From: Thiohalophilus sp.
GTDB taxonomy: Bacteria; Pseudomonadota; Gammaproteobacteria; UBA6429; Thiohalophilaceae
DNA: 60,302 bases
Direction: 5' to 3'
NCBI GenBank assembly: GCA_046545635.1
Contig: JBKGZJ010000001.1
Span: forward strand, 1-60,302
Shown here one piece after another: positions 46,387 to 56,236 of this stretch (position 1 is its first letter; each line of letters opens with the position of its first letter). Below the pieces are notes generated by a model. It saw nothing but the letters and a program-made list of their open reading frames with translations. It had not been told where the DNA came from and did no database searches. The position numbers and the translations under genes were made by a program.

Positions 46387-47223
46387 TTACCCCTGAACCT
46401 GGATGTTGCCTTCAAACACCGTGGTTGCCGGCCCGGTCATCAGTACGGGTGAATCCCCGCCCTGCCACTGGATCCGCAGCGTCCCGCCGGGCAGGGCAAC
46501 CTCAACCTTATCACCAAGTCGGTCCCGTTGGCGACCCACAACCACCGCCGCGCAGGCGCCGCTGCCGCAGGCCAGGGTCTCGCCGGCGCCGCGCTCGTAG
46601 ACCCGCAGGCGGATATGGCCGGCATCCAGTATCTGCATAAACCCGGCATTCACCCCCCGGGGAAAGCGGGGATGGGATTCGATCTTCGGACCCAGTTGCC
46701 CGACCGGGGCGGTGTCGACATTATCCACTTCCAGCACGGCATGGGGATTGCCCAGGGCGACCGCCCCGAGGTGCACGTGCTCCCCGTCGATGTGCAGATC
46801 ATACAGATCGGCCTGCGCATCGGCGTCGAAGGGAATCTCGGCCGGCGCGAAATGCGGCACACCCATATTCACGGTCACCTGGCCGTCGGACTCGATCTGC
46901 AGGGTCAGGCGCCCGGCGGCGGTGGCCACCTCGATGGTGTCGCGATCGATCAGGCCCTTGTCGCGCACGAAACGGGCAAAACAGCGCGCGCCGTTGCCGC
47001 ACTGCTCCACCTCGCCGCCGTCGGCGTTGAAGATCCGGTAGGTAAAATCGACACCCGCCTCGCGTGGCGGCTCCACCAGCAACAGCTGATCGCAGCCGAT
47101 GCCGAACCGGCGATCGGCCAGCTGGCGGATCTGTTCGCGACTCAGATCAATATCCTGGTGGATAGCGTCAATGACCACGAAGTCGTTACCCAGGCCGTGC
47201 ATCTTGGTAAACCGTAACGGCAT
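46387..47223 (-). CDS. dapF: Diaminopimelate epimerase
   Basis: [33 protein letters not shown]. Confidence 0.98.
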   Translation of the reverse strand: MPLRFTKMHGLGNDFVVIDAIHQDIDLSREQIRQLADRRFGIGCDQLLLVEPPREAGVDFTYRIFNADGGEVEQCGNGARCFARFVRDKGLIDRDTIEVATAAGRLTLQIESDGQVTVNMGVPHFAPAEIPFDADAQADLYDLHIDGEHVHLGAVALGNPHAVLEVDNVDTAPVGQLGPKIESHPRFPRGVNAGFMQILDAGHIRLRVYERGAGETLACGSGACAAVVVGRQRDRLGDKVEVALPGGTLRIQWQGGDSPVLMTGPATTVFEGNIQVQG

Positions 47224-47247
47224 GTCACTTTTCCAGGTTACAAAATT

Positions 47248-47281
47248 AACGCAGAGTTCGCGGAGACGCAGAGGCGCAGAG
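47248..47281. repeat. Solo arm of the CGCRGAG family (copy 4)
   Basis: AACGCAGAG-TTCGCGGAG-ACGCAGAG-GCGCAGAG; no intact partner arm nearby. Confidence 0.85.
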
Positions 47282-47385
47282 TTTTATAATTTGTATCCCC
47301 GGTGAAACCGCTTTGTCTATCAAACGAGCTTTGATGCGGGTTTGATTTCAATAGTGTAACCAAACCGGCGGCGTTTGGCTGCGAT

Positions 47386-47802
47386 TTAACGCATCAACTG
47401 CATGTAGTCGCGGTAGATGCAGCGGTCCATGATCACGGTGAGGCCCGCATCGCGGGCGCGTTGGGCCTCGGCTTCATTGACCACGCCGTCCTGCAGCCAG
47501 ATGGCCGGCAGGCGGCGCTCGATACAGACGTCGATGATGGGGGCGATCTGATCCGGGGCGCGGAATACGTCCACCAGATCGATGGGATCGGGGACGTCGG
47601 CGAGGTTCGGGTAGGCCGGCTCGCCCAGGACTTCGTCCACCGCCGGGCGCACCGGAATAATCTGGTAGCCGAACTGTTGCAGCGCGCTGGCTACCTGGTG
47701 GCTGGGGCGGGCCGGTTTGGGCGAGAGGCCGACCACCGCGATACGCCGGATCGCGCCGAGCAGGTCGCGGATTTCGTCAGTGGTTGGGTTGGTGAAGGCC
47801 AT
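47386..47802 (-). CDS. CoA-binding protein (YccU-like)
   Basis: IAVVGLS..P.RPS, DLVDVFR, IWLQDG, MDRC. Confidence 0.9.
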   Translation of the reverse strand: MAFTNPTTDEIRDLLGAIRRIAVVGLSPKPARPSHQVASALQQFGYQIIPVRPAVDEVLGEPAYPNLADVPDPIDLVDVFRAPDQIAPIIDVCIERRLPAIWLQDGVVNEAEAQRARDAGLTVIMDRCIYRDYMQLMR

Positions 47803-47812
47803 ATGGATCAGT

Positions 47813-48481
47813 TTACTCGCCCAGATGGCCCTGTACCACCAGATGCCGGTCGCTGACGCTTTTGACCTCGAGATAATCGAGGCCTGCCTGGTGTAACTGC
47901 TGACGCACCTCTTGTGGCGTAAAGGCGGCGCACAGCGAATGATAAAAATCACGTTGCAGGATGGGCGGTTCGCCGGCCGCGTAGTGTTCCATCAGCTCGC
48001 GTGCCTGCGCGGTACTGGCGGGACGCTGCAGATCCATCACAAACACCGGCGTACCGGGGCGGCCGTGTTGTTTGATCGCTTCCCAGAGTACCTGCGGATC
48101 GTGCAGGTGATGCAGCAGGCTGTTACTGATGATGACATCGTAGGCGGGCAGGGGGAGAAGGTCCCGTGGCAGATTGACCCGGTACAGGTGGATGCGCTCG
48201 GTGAGCTGCTCCTGCGCCAGCCGCTGGCGGCCTTCGGCCAGCATCGCCTCGGCGCCGTCGATGCCGTCAATATGGCAGTGCGGGTAGGCCCGGGCGAAGC
48301 GCACGCTGATATCGGCCGGACCGCAGCCCAGATCCAGGACGTTGCCGTGCAGGGTCGGGTTGGTAAAACGCTGTCTGAAGCAGTCGATGAAAAACTGGTG
48401 CGGGGCGTCAAAGTCGGCCCAGGCATAGGCGCGGGCCTGCTCCGCCTCGTCCATCAGTTCCGGTTCGGGGATACGCTCCAT
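47813..48481 (-). CDS. Class I SAM-dependent methyltransferase
   Basis: RIPEPELM, VLDLGCGPAD, SNSLLHH. Confidence 0.9.
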   Translation of the reverse strand: MERIPEPELMDEAEQARAYAWADFDAPHQFFIDCFRQRFTNPTLHGNVLDLGCGPADISVRFARAYPHCHIDGIDGAEAMLAEGRQRLAQEQLTERIHLYRVNLPRDLLPLPAYDVIISNSLLHHLHDPQVLWEAIKQHGRPGTPVFVMDLQRPASTAQARELMEHYAAGEPPILQRDFYHSLCAAFTPQEVRQQLHQAGLDYLEVKSVSDRHLVVQGHLGE

Positions 48482-48493
48482 GAGAGATACAGC

Positions 48494-49741
48494 TCAGGGC
48501 AGGATGGTTTCGCCGGCATACAGTTCGGCCAGCGATTCACGTTCGCGTACCACATGGATCCGGGCGCCGTCGATCATGATCTCGGCGGCGCGCGGCCGGG
48601 TGTTGTAATTGGAGCTCATGGAAAAACCGTAGGCACCACAGGAGCGTACTGCAAGCAAGTCGCCTTCGGCGACCGACAGGGCGCGATCCTTGCCGAGAAA
48701 GTCACCGGTCTCGCAGACCGGGCCGACCACATCGTAATAGACGGGATCGCCGTGAGGTTCGGTATTGACCGGGATGATCTCCTGCCAGGCGTTGTACAGG
48801 GCCGGGCGCATCAGATCGTTCATCGCCGCATCGACAATGGCGAAGTTCTTGTCCGCTGTCTGCTTGAGGTATTCGATCCGGGTGACCAGGATACCGGCAT
48901 TGCCGGCGATGGCCCGGCCGGGTTCCAGGAGGATGGTTTGCGGCCGGTCGGCCAGCAGTTCGCGCAGGGCCGCGGCATAATCGCCCGGCTCCGGTGGCGT
49001 CTCCTCGTGATAACGGATCCCCAGACCGCCGCCCAGATCCAGGTGTTCGATCGGGATGCCGTCCAGCTCCAGCCGATCCACCAGCAACAGCACGCGGCGC
49101 AGCGCATCCAGAAACGGTTCGGTCTCGGTCAGTTGCGAACCGATATGACAATCGATGCCGACAACGGTGATGTGCGCCAGATCGGCAGCACGGGCATAAA
49201 CGTCCGGTGCCTGATCGATGCCGATACCGAACTTGTTCTCTTTGAGGCCGGTCGAAATATAGGGATGGGTTCTGGCATCCACATCCGGATTGACCCGCAA
49301 CGACACCGGCGCGCTGACATTCAGTTCGCCGGCGATCTGATTCAGCCGCCGCAGCTCGGATTCGGACTCCACGTTAAAACAATGAATGCCCACTTCCAGC
49401 GCCCGGCGCATCTCATCAGCGCGTTTGCCGACACCGGAGAAGACCACTCTGGCCGGATCGCCGCCGGCGGCCAGTACCCGTTCCAGCTCGCCCCGGGAGA
49501 CGATATCAAAGCCGGAACCGAGCCGGGCGAACAGGTTGAGCACCGCCAGGTTGGCATTGGCCTTGACCGCATAACAGATCAGGTGCGGATGATCACCCAG
49601 GGCCTGATCGAAGGCCTGCCAGTGACGCTCCAGCGTGGCGCGGGAATAGACATAGCAGGGCGTGCCGTGTTGCGCGGCGATTGCGGCCACCGGCACCTGT
49701 TCGGCGTACAGTTCGCCGTTGTGATAATTGAAATGATCCAT
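48494..49741 (-). CDS. lysA: Diaminopimelate decarboxylase
   Basis: YAVKAN, HIGSQ, DLGGG, EPGR, GPVCETGD. Confidence 0.98.
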   Translation of the reverse strand: MDHFNYHNGELYAEQVPVAAIAAQHGTPCYVYSRATLERHWQAFDQALGDHPHLICYAVKANANLAVLNLFARLGSGFDIVSRGELERVLAAGGDPARVVFSGVGKRADEMRRALEVGIHCFNVESESELRRLNQIAGELNVSAPVSLRVNPDVDARTHPYISTGLKENKFGIGIDQAPDVYARAADLAHITVVGIDCHIGSQLTETEPFLDALRRVLLLVDRLELDGIPIEHLDLGGGLGIRYHEETPPEPGDYAAALRELLADRPQTILLEPGRAIAGNAGILVTRIEYLKQTADKNFAIVDAAMNDLMRPALYNAWQEIIPVNTEPHGDPVYYDVVGPVCETGDFLGKDRALSVAEGDLLAVRSCGAYGFSMSSNYNTRPRAAEIMIDGARIHVVRERESLAELYAGETILP

Positions 49742-49747
49742 ACTCGT

Positions 49748-49885
49748 TCAGGAATCCTGTCGGGCTTGTTGTTGTTCGTCGGGCAGGTAGAGGGGACCTT
49801 TCTTGCCGCAGCCGGCGAGCATGCTGCCGACGCCCAGGACAATAACCAGAACGATAAACAGGGTTTGTGGCCAGCAGAAGCGCAT
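49748..49885 (-). CDS. lptM: Small lipoprotein LptM/YifL/LppL (not in the ORF track)
   Basis: MRFCWPQTLFIVLVIVLGVGSMLAGCGKKGPLYLPDEQQQARQDS; LAGC lipobox plus GPLYLP; upstream of lysA. Confidence 0.9.
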   Translation of the reverse strand: MRFCWPQTLFIVLVIVLGVGSMLAGCGKKGPLYLPDEQQQARQDS

Positions 49886-49978
49886 GGGCGGACTCATTCA
49901 TAGAAGGTTTGTGGCATTATACGCCGATGGCCGGGCGGATGTCAGAGGCCGCGGCCCCATCGACAGCCGGTAACGCGT

Positions 49979-50629
49979 ATGCTGACCAAGATAGTTATTC
50001 TGGGAATTTCACTGCTGGGGCTGATACTGCTGCTGGCCGGCCTCGCCCGGCTGTTTCGGCGCAGGTTGTTGCGCGGTACGCTGGAGGGGCTCGGCGGCCT
50101 GCTGTTGATCTTTGCCGCCATCCTCAGCTGGTCGGTAGCGCTCAATCTTTATGGTTATCAGCGTCTCACCCAGGAGCAACCGATTGCCTCGCTGCGTTTC
50201 GAGGCGCGCGGGCCGCAGGCCTTTCGGGTCTATGTCATGCACCCCGACCAGTTGTCGCAGAGTTACGAGTTGCGCGGTGACGAATGGCAGCTGGATGCAC
50301 GGGTTCTGAAATGGAGCGGGCTGGCGACGGTGCTGGGTCTGGACACCGCCTATCAGCTGGATCGCCTGACCGGCCGTTTTCGAGATCTGCAACAGGCCCG
50401 GGAGTCGCCGCATACTGTCTATAGCCTGTATCAACCGCGCGGCCTGGACATCTGGCAACTGGCGCGTGAGTACCGGGGCTGGTTGCCGTGGGTCGATGCG
50501 ATCTACGGCAGCGCCACCTACATGCCGATGGCAGATCGTGCCGAATACACGGTCAGCCTGACCGCCAGTGGCCTGATCGCACGGCCCGACAACGCTGCCG
50601 CCGAACAGGCCGTGCGCCGCTGGCGCTGA
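49979..50629 (+). CDS. Hypothetical membrane protein (two N-terminal TM helices plus soluble domain)
   Basis: 216-aa ORF with host-like codon usage; GDEWQLDARVLKW, VDA.YGSA.YMP. Confidence 0.75.
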   Translation: MLTKIVILGISLLGLILLLAGLARLFRRRLLRGTLEGLGGLLLIFAAILSWSVALNLYGYQRLTQEQPIASLRFEARGPQAFRVYVMHPDQLSQSYELRGDEWQLDARVLKWSGLATVLGLDTAYQLDRLTGRFRDLQQARESPHTVYSLYQPRGLDIWQLAREYRGWLPWVDAIYGSATYMPMADRAEYTVSLTASGLIARPDNAAAEQAVRRWR

Positions 50630-50663
50630 ACGGTGCGTTAACACATAGATCGTAAAAAGCATT

Positions 50664-50760
50664 ACCACCAGGACACAAAGACACAAAGAATTCGTTGTTT
50701 GGGTTTCGGGAAGCCCGATTCGCTACTTTATTCCCCCTGGTGTCTTCGTGTCCTGGTGGT
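50664..50760. repeat. Tandem-unit inverted repeat element, ACACMARG family
   Basis: ACCACCAGGACACAAAGACACAAAG (50664-50688) pairs with CCTGGTGTCTTCGTGTCCTGGTGGT (50736-50760). Confidence 0.85.
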
Positions 50761-50812
50761 GAGATTTTTGTCGGAGGACTGTCGAGCCGCCTGACGAACA
50801 GGAAGTGAAACG

Positions 50813-52783
50813 TTGCGTATACGAACCAACATCTTCATCTGGGTATTTTTCGCCACGGTGGTGCCGCTGACCGGCCTGATGCTGGGCGCGACCTATTACA
50901 GCCAGAACGCCTATCAGCAGGCGGTTTCCCACGATGTGTTATCGAGTCTGGAAAGTATCTCGCGGGAGCTGGAGCGGCATCTGGGGGACAATCAGGAGCT
51001 TGCGCTGGGGATGGCGCGTGCGCCGGCGGTACAGGACTTTGTTCCGGTACTGGCCGGGCAGGCCTCCGGTCGGTTACCGGAACAGAGTCGACGTTTGCGC
51101 GCGCAGGTCAATCGCTATTTCGAAGGCTTCCAGACCATTTTGCCCGGCTTCTTTTATCTGCGCCTGCTGGACGTCAATGGCAACACCCTGGTCAAGGTCA
51201 GTCACAATACCCGCAGCACCCCCACCTACGAAAGCCTGTCGGGGCTCGCGTATGTCGAGCAGGAGATCAACTCGGAGAAATTTGTCACGCGGCTGCGCGA
51301 ACTGGCGCCGGATCAGGCCCATGCGCTGGATCTGCCGCACAACCGGCTCAATGAGATGCCGGAATTCAACTTTCCCCTGCTCGATTACGTCGTGCCGTTG
51401 TATCAGGATGATCAGTGGATCGGTGCATTGACTGTCACCCTCGGCGGCCGGCACCTTGATCGCATTCTGGATAACGCTTCGCGCCTGTATCAGGGCGAAC
51501 TGTTCGTGGTGGAAAACAACCCCGATGATTCGCAGCGCCACGGCCAGATTTTATATGACAAGGGCAGCGATATCCGTTTTGCCCAGATCCGGGCCGATGC
51601 GGTCTTTGTCGGTGACAAATACGACAAACAGATGTTGAACGAGGTGGTGGACAGCACCAGTGGCCTGTACCGGAGCGAGGACGAGCGCTTCCATAACTAT
51701 TATGTCGAGCTGACTCCCTATCCGGATCGACTGATCAGCTGGGTGCTGACCTCGCACATCGATTCAGGCGTTATCTTCTCCCCCTATTCAGCGATTCGCA
51801 TCGGCATCGGGCTGTTTGGTATCGCCGCCCTGATTATTACCCTGCTACTGACCGACATCGGCGTGCGCAAGGTGGCGCAACCGGTCTGTCGCCTGGCCGG
51901 GCGGCTCAAGGCCTATGCCAACGGCGATCATGCCCAGCGCGCCGAGGAGAAGCAGGCGATCGATGAAATCGGGGCGCTGGCCCAGGCTTTCAATTATCTG
52001 GCCGATACCCTGGATACCGCACGCGAGCAACGCGATCGCGCCGAACACATGATGTTGCAGAGCAACAAGCTGGCCAGCATCGGCCAGATGGCGGCGGGAA
52101 TCGGTCATGAAATCAATAACCCGTTGAACAATGTGCTCTCCTATACCAAATTGTTGCAACGTACCCTGCAAAAAGGGGAATACCCTGATGCGCAAACACG
52201 TCAACGTTTAAACGAGGATCTGGAGGCACTGCGCGACGAAGCCTTGCGGGCTTCGGATATTGTGCGCGGGATTCTCAACTTCGCCCGCCAGGTGCCGCCG
52301 CAATACACCCGCTTTGAGGTTCGGCCCTGGCTGGAGAATACCCTGGCGCTGGTCAGACAGGCCGCCAGGGGACGGGGCGTGAATCTGAAGCTGCAGTGTG
52401 ATTTTACGGGCGAGCTGGAAGGGGATCGCAGCCAGCTTCAGCAGGCATTGATCAACCTGCTGTTGAATGCAATTCAGGCCAGTCCTCCGGATACCGGGGT
52501 ACTGATCCGCTGCCAAAGCGAAGAGAGGCAATTGAGACTGACAATCCGTGATGAGGGCGAGGGTATCGCGCCGGAGAAACTGGACAATATTTTTGATCCC
52601 TTCTTCAGTACCAAGGCCGAAGGCGAGGGTAGCGGGCTGGGGCTGTCGATCAGCCTGGGGATCATCGAATACCATAACGGCACGCTGACGATCGAAAACA
52701 ACCCCGAAGCTGGTGTCACCGCCACAGTTGTACTACCGTTACAGGCCGACAGCGCGAACCAGGAACAAGTCGCCAATGAATAA
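50813..52783 (+). CDS. Membrane sensor histidine kinase (periplasmic domain, HAMP, NtrB-like core)
   Basis: Two TM helices; GHEINNPL H-box, NAIQA, DEGEG, FDPFFSTK, GSGLGL. Confidence 0.93.
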   Translation: MRIRTNIFIWVFFATVVPLTGLMLGATYYSQNAYQQAVSHDVLSSLESISRELERHLGDNQELALGMARAPAVQDFVPVLAGQASGRLPEQSRRLRAQVNRYFEGFQTILPGFFYLRLLDVNGNTLVKVSHNTRSTPTYESLSGLAYVEQEINSEKFVTRLRELAPDQAHALDLPHNRLNEMPEFNFPLLDYVVPLYQDDQWIGALTVTLGGRHLDRILDNASRLYQGELFVVENNPDDSQRHGQILYDKGSDIRFAQIRADAVFVGDKYDKQMLNEVVDSTSGLYRSEDERFHNYYVELTPYPDRLISWVLTSHIDSGVIFSPYSAIRIGIGLFGIAALIITLLLTDIGVRKVAQPVCRLAGRLKAYANGDHAQRAEEKQAIDEIGALAQAFNYLADTLDTAREQRDRAEHMMLQSNKLASIGQMAAGIGHEINNPLNNVLSYTKLLQRTLQKGEYPDAQTRQRLNEDLEALRDEALRASDIVRGILNFARQVPPQYTRFEVRPWLENTLALVRQAARGRGVNLKLQCDFTGELEGDRSQLQQALINLLLNAIQASPPDTGVLIRCQSEERQLRLTIRDEGEGIAPEKLDNIFDPFFSTKAEGEGSGLGLSISLGIIEYHNGTLTIENNPEAGVTATVVLPLQADSANQEQVANE

Positions 52784-54125
52784 CCCGCCCGTGATACTGT
52801 TTGTTGACGATGATCCCAAAGCCGGTGAGCTGATGGCTCGCTTTACCGAGGAGGCCGACTTCGAGTGCCGGGTCTACCAGGAACCGCTCGCCGCACTGGA
52901 GTATTTCAAACAGCATCCGGTACAGCTGATTGTCAGCGATCTGCGCATGCCCGATATGAGCGGCACCGAACTGTTGCAGGCGGTCCGCGAGCAGGATAGC
53001 CGTATTCCCTTTATTATTATCACCGGATACGCCAACGTGGATAATGCCATCGAGGCGATGCGCCACGGTGCCACCGACTTTATCAAAAAACCCTATGACA
53101 TGGACGAGCTGCAGCTGCTGATCGAGCGCAACCTCAAGCTCGACGCGCTGCGCCAGGAAAATCAGCTGCTCAAGCGCCAGCTCAGTGACGAGCGCAACCG
53201 CTTCGGCATGGTCGGCCACGCCGATTCGGTCGTGGAGATCTACAAAATTATCAGCAAGATTGCCGACATCCGCTGCAATGTTGTCATTGAGGGCGAATCG
53301 GGCACCGGCAAGGAGCTGGCGGCGCGGGCCATTCACTACCAGAGTGAATATGCCGACCAGCCGTTTGTGGTAATCGACTGTGGCGCGCTGACCGACACCC
53401 TGCTGGAAAACGAGCTGTTCGGTCATGAAAAGGGCGCCTTTACCGGCGCGCATCAGAGCAAACGCGGTTTGCTGGAAATGGCCATGGGCGGCACGGTGTT
53501 CCTGGATGAGATCGGCAACATCTCCGATGCCATGCAGATCAAGCTGATGCGCGCGATTCAGGAGCAGCAGATCACCCGCGTCGGCGGCCTGCAACCCACC
53601 CCCATCGATGTGCGCTTTATCGTGGCAACCAATCAGGATATCGATCAACTGGTCAGCGAGGGAAAATTCCGTCATGACCTCTATCATCGTCTGAATGTGG
53701 TCAAGTTCCGTATGCCGCCGTTACGCGAGCGGCGGGACGATATTCCCCTGCTGGTGCGTCACTTTATCGGCCATTACGCCAAACTGTATGGCCGGGAGGT
53801 CAGGGAGTTCGACCGGGAATCCATGCAGAAACTGATGGAACACGACTGGCCCGGCAATGTTCGCGAACTGCAAAATCTTGTCGAACGTACCATTGCCCTG
53901 GCTGACAGTCCGGTATTGCACCTGGATGATATCGACAGTATCCGCAGCGGAGGCGCTATCGACAGCGATCTGCCCAGCCTGGCCGAACTGGAGCGGCGCT
54001 ATATTTACAAGATTCTCGAACGCTTCAACGGCAGTCGCGAAAAGACCGCCGAAACCCTCGGTATCAATAAATCCACCCTGTGGCGCAAACTGCAAAGCTA
54101 TCAGCAGGAAGACGGCAGCGAGTAG
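52776..54125 (+). CDS. Sigma54-dependent response regulator (NtrC family)
   Basis: VDDD, DLRMP, GESGTGKE, GAFTGA, WPGNVREL, C-terminal HTH. Confidence 0.95.
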   Translation: MNNPPVILFVDDDPKAGELMARFTEEADFECRVYQEPLAALEYFKQHPVQLIVSDLRMPDMSGTELLQAVREQDSRIPFIIITGYANVDNAIEAMRHGATDFIKKPYDMDELQLLIERNLKLDALRQENQLLKRQLSDERNRFGMVGHADSVVEIYKIISKIADIRCNVVIEGESGTGKELAARAIHYQSEYADQPFVVIDCGALTDTLLENELFGHEKGAFTGAHQSKRGLLEMAMGGTVFLDEIGNISDAMQIKLMRAIQEQQITRVGGLQPTPIDVRFIVATNQDIDQLVSEGKFRHDLYHRLNVVKFRMPPLRERRDDIPLLVRHFIGHYAKLYGREVREFDRESMQKLMEHDWPGNVRELQNLVERTIALADSPVLHLDDIDSIRSGGAIDSDLPSLAELERRYIYKILERFNGSREKTAETLGINKSTLWRKLQSYQQEDGSE

Positions 54126-54156
54126 TTCGAATCCCTTTTTGGTTACTCTGGAAATT

Positions 54157-54293
54157 AACGCAGAGGTCGCGGAGACGCAATGATGTAATTTTTAATGTTG
54201 AATTTTAAATTTTGAATTGCGGCGTCTGCATTTAACTCAAAATTCAACATTAAAAATTCAAAATTACCTTACGTCCTCCGCGATCTCCGCGTT
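54157..54293. repeat. Composite element (copy 5): shortened CGCRGAG arms enclosing the same AATTTTR hairpin as 36740-36900
   Basis: 54182-54282 matches 36773-36873 at 95/101 nt by manual alignment; perfect 20-bp inverted repeat 54187-54206 / 54239-54258. Confidence 0.92.
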
Positions 54294-54404
54294 TTTTTAC
54301 AGGGCATCAAAAAATGACTGAAGTGTTTTTCGCACGCACTGCCTCACTGAATTTTTTCTCCCCTGCATTGTCTTAATTAAGGTTTTTCGTGGATATTCGC
54401 GGTT

Positions 54405-56219
54405 ATGTCATTGTTCTCCAGATGGTTAGGTTATTTCGGTTTGCTGTTCCTGCCGGCAGGCATCACTGCTGACGAGCTGCGTAATCAGCTGGCCGATCAC
54501 GGCTCGGCCTATCTGGCCATGCACGGCGAGGATCCGGTGCACTGGCAGCAATGGGGGGCGGATGCCGTGGCGCTGGCGAAGGAACAGGGCAAGTTGCTGT
54601 ATGTTTCCAGTGGTTATTTTTCCTGTCACTGGTGTCACGTCATGCAGCGTGAGAGCTATCAAAACGATCAGATTGCCACACTGCTTAACCGTCACTTCAT
54701 TCCGGTCAAGGTGGACCGTGAGCTGAATCCGGCACTGGATGATCGCCTGATCGATTTTGTCGAGCGTACCCGGGGTTACAGCGGCTGGCCGTTGAATGTC
54801 TTTATCACCCCGGAGGGTTATCCGCTGGTGGGGATGGTCTATCAGCCCCCGGAAGAGTTTCAGCAAATTCTGGAGCGCATCCGTGATGAGTGGCAATCGG
54901 AGCCGGCCCAGCTCAGGGCGCTGGCCCGGGATACGACAACGCAACTGGGCGGCCAGTCCCCGATTACCCGCGATGTCAGTGCCACTGAACTGCGCGACAA
55001 ATTTCTCAAAGCCAGCCTTGGCCGGGCCGATGAGCTGGAAGGTGGTTTTGGCAGCGAGAACAAGTTTCCGTCGGTACCACAGCTGAGCGCCCTGCTGGAA
55101 ATTTATCAACAGGACGAGCAGCCCGAGCTGGCCGATTTTCTGAACATTACCCTGCAAAGCATGGCGCGACAGGGGTTGTATGATCATCTGGCGGGCGGCT
55201 TTTTCCGTTATACCGTCGACCCGGGCTGGCAGGTGCCGCACTTTGAGAAGATGCTTTATGACAACGCGCTGCTGGCCTCCCTGTACTTGCGCGCGGCAAA
55301 CGTGCTGGATGAGCCGGCATACCGCCGGGTTGCCCTGGAAACACTGGCGTTTATGCGCCGTGATTTTCAGCGGGACAATGGCGGTATGTTATCGAGCTTC
55401 TCCGCGATTGATGATCAGGGCGTGGAGGGTGGCTATTACCTGTGGCGGAAAGCGGAACTCGAACAACTGCTCAGCGAGACGGAGTTTGATGTGGCGCGTC
55501 GTGTCTGGGGCGTGAGCGGCCCGCCGGAACTGGAGCACGGACATCATCTGCGTCTCGCCTCGAGTATCGAAACGGTGGCCGAAGCACGCCAACAGCCCGT
55601 TGAGCAGGTCGAACAAATCCTGGCGCGCAGCCGTGCCAAACTGTGGCAGCAGCGCCGTCAACGCACCCTGCCGGCGGACACCAAGCAGATTGCCGCCTGG
55701 AACGGTCTGGCGCTCTCCGCCTTTGTTGCCGGCGCACGGGAAGATCCCGGGCTGAAGCCGGCCGCGGTGGCGTTACAGGGATTTATTATCGATCAGCTGT
55801 GGGACGGCACGCAGCTCAAGCGGGCTCATGGCGCACAACAGCAGCTGGGTCATGTCGGACTGGAGGATTACGCGTATGTCGCGCAGGGCCTGCTGGATTA
55901 TGCGCATTATCATAATGACGAGGCGACGCTGAATGTCGCCAGCGATATCATCCACCAGGCCTGGGATGACTTTTTTACCCCCGAGGGCTGGTTGTTGCAA
56001 CGCAAACACCTGATCAAATATGGCGCCCGTCAGCCGGTACTGGCCGATGGTCCCATGCCGGCACCTTCGGCAGTGCTGATGCAGGCCACACAAACGTTGC
56101 TGGAACAGCGTTCCGATCCGGTGCTGGAGAAGTCGCTGCAGCTGGCGCTGGGATTACGTGAGGCGACCATGCTGGAGTCGCCGTTCTGGTATGCCAGCCA
56201 TATTATGCTGCAGCGCTGA
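54405..56219 (+). CDS. YyaL/SSP411-like (DUF255 thioredoxin plus six-hairpin) protein with a probable signal peptide
   Basis: NQL....S.YL..H...PVHW..W, CHWCHVM.RES, KVDRE, GWPL, VPHFEKMLYDNA. Confidence 0.88.
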   Translation: MSLFSRWLGYFGLLFLPAGITADELRNQLADHGSAYLAMHGEDPVHWQQWGADAVALAKEQGKLLYVSSGYFSCHWCHVMQRESYQNDQIATLLNRHFIPVKVDRELNPALDDRLIDFVERTRGYSGWPLNVFITPEGYPLVGMVYQPPEEFQQILERIRDEWQSEPAQLRALARDTTTQLGGQSPITRDVSATELRDKFLKASLGRADELEGGFGSENKFPSVPQLSALLEIYQQDEQPELADFLNITLQSMARQGLYDHLAGGFFRYTVDPGWQVPHFEKMLYDNALLASLYLRAANVLDEPAYRRVALETLAFMRRDFQRDNGGMLSSFSAIDDQGVEGGYYLWRKAELEQLLSETEFDVARRVWGVSGPPELEHGHHLRLASSIETVAEARQQPVEQVEQILARSRAKLWQQRRQRTLPADTKQIAAWNGLALSAFVAGAREDPGLKPAAVALQGFIIDQLWDGTQLKRAHGAQQQLGHVGLEDYAYVAQGLLDYAHYHNDEATLNVASDIIHQAWDDFFTPEGWLLQRKHLIKYGARQPVLADGPMPAPSAVLMQATQTLLEQRSDPVLEKSLQLALGLREATMLESPFWYASHIMLQR

Positions 56220-56236
56220 GCCCGGGCGGAACCGGC

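Noticed and set aside
54294-54404. Sigma54 promoter for the YyaL-like gene
   Set aside because: No TGGCAC-N5-TTGC-like element with correct spacing was found.
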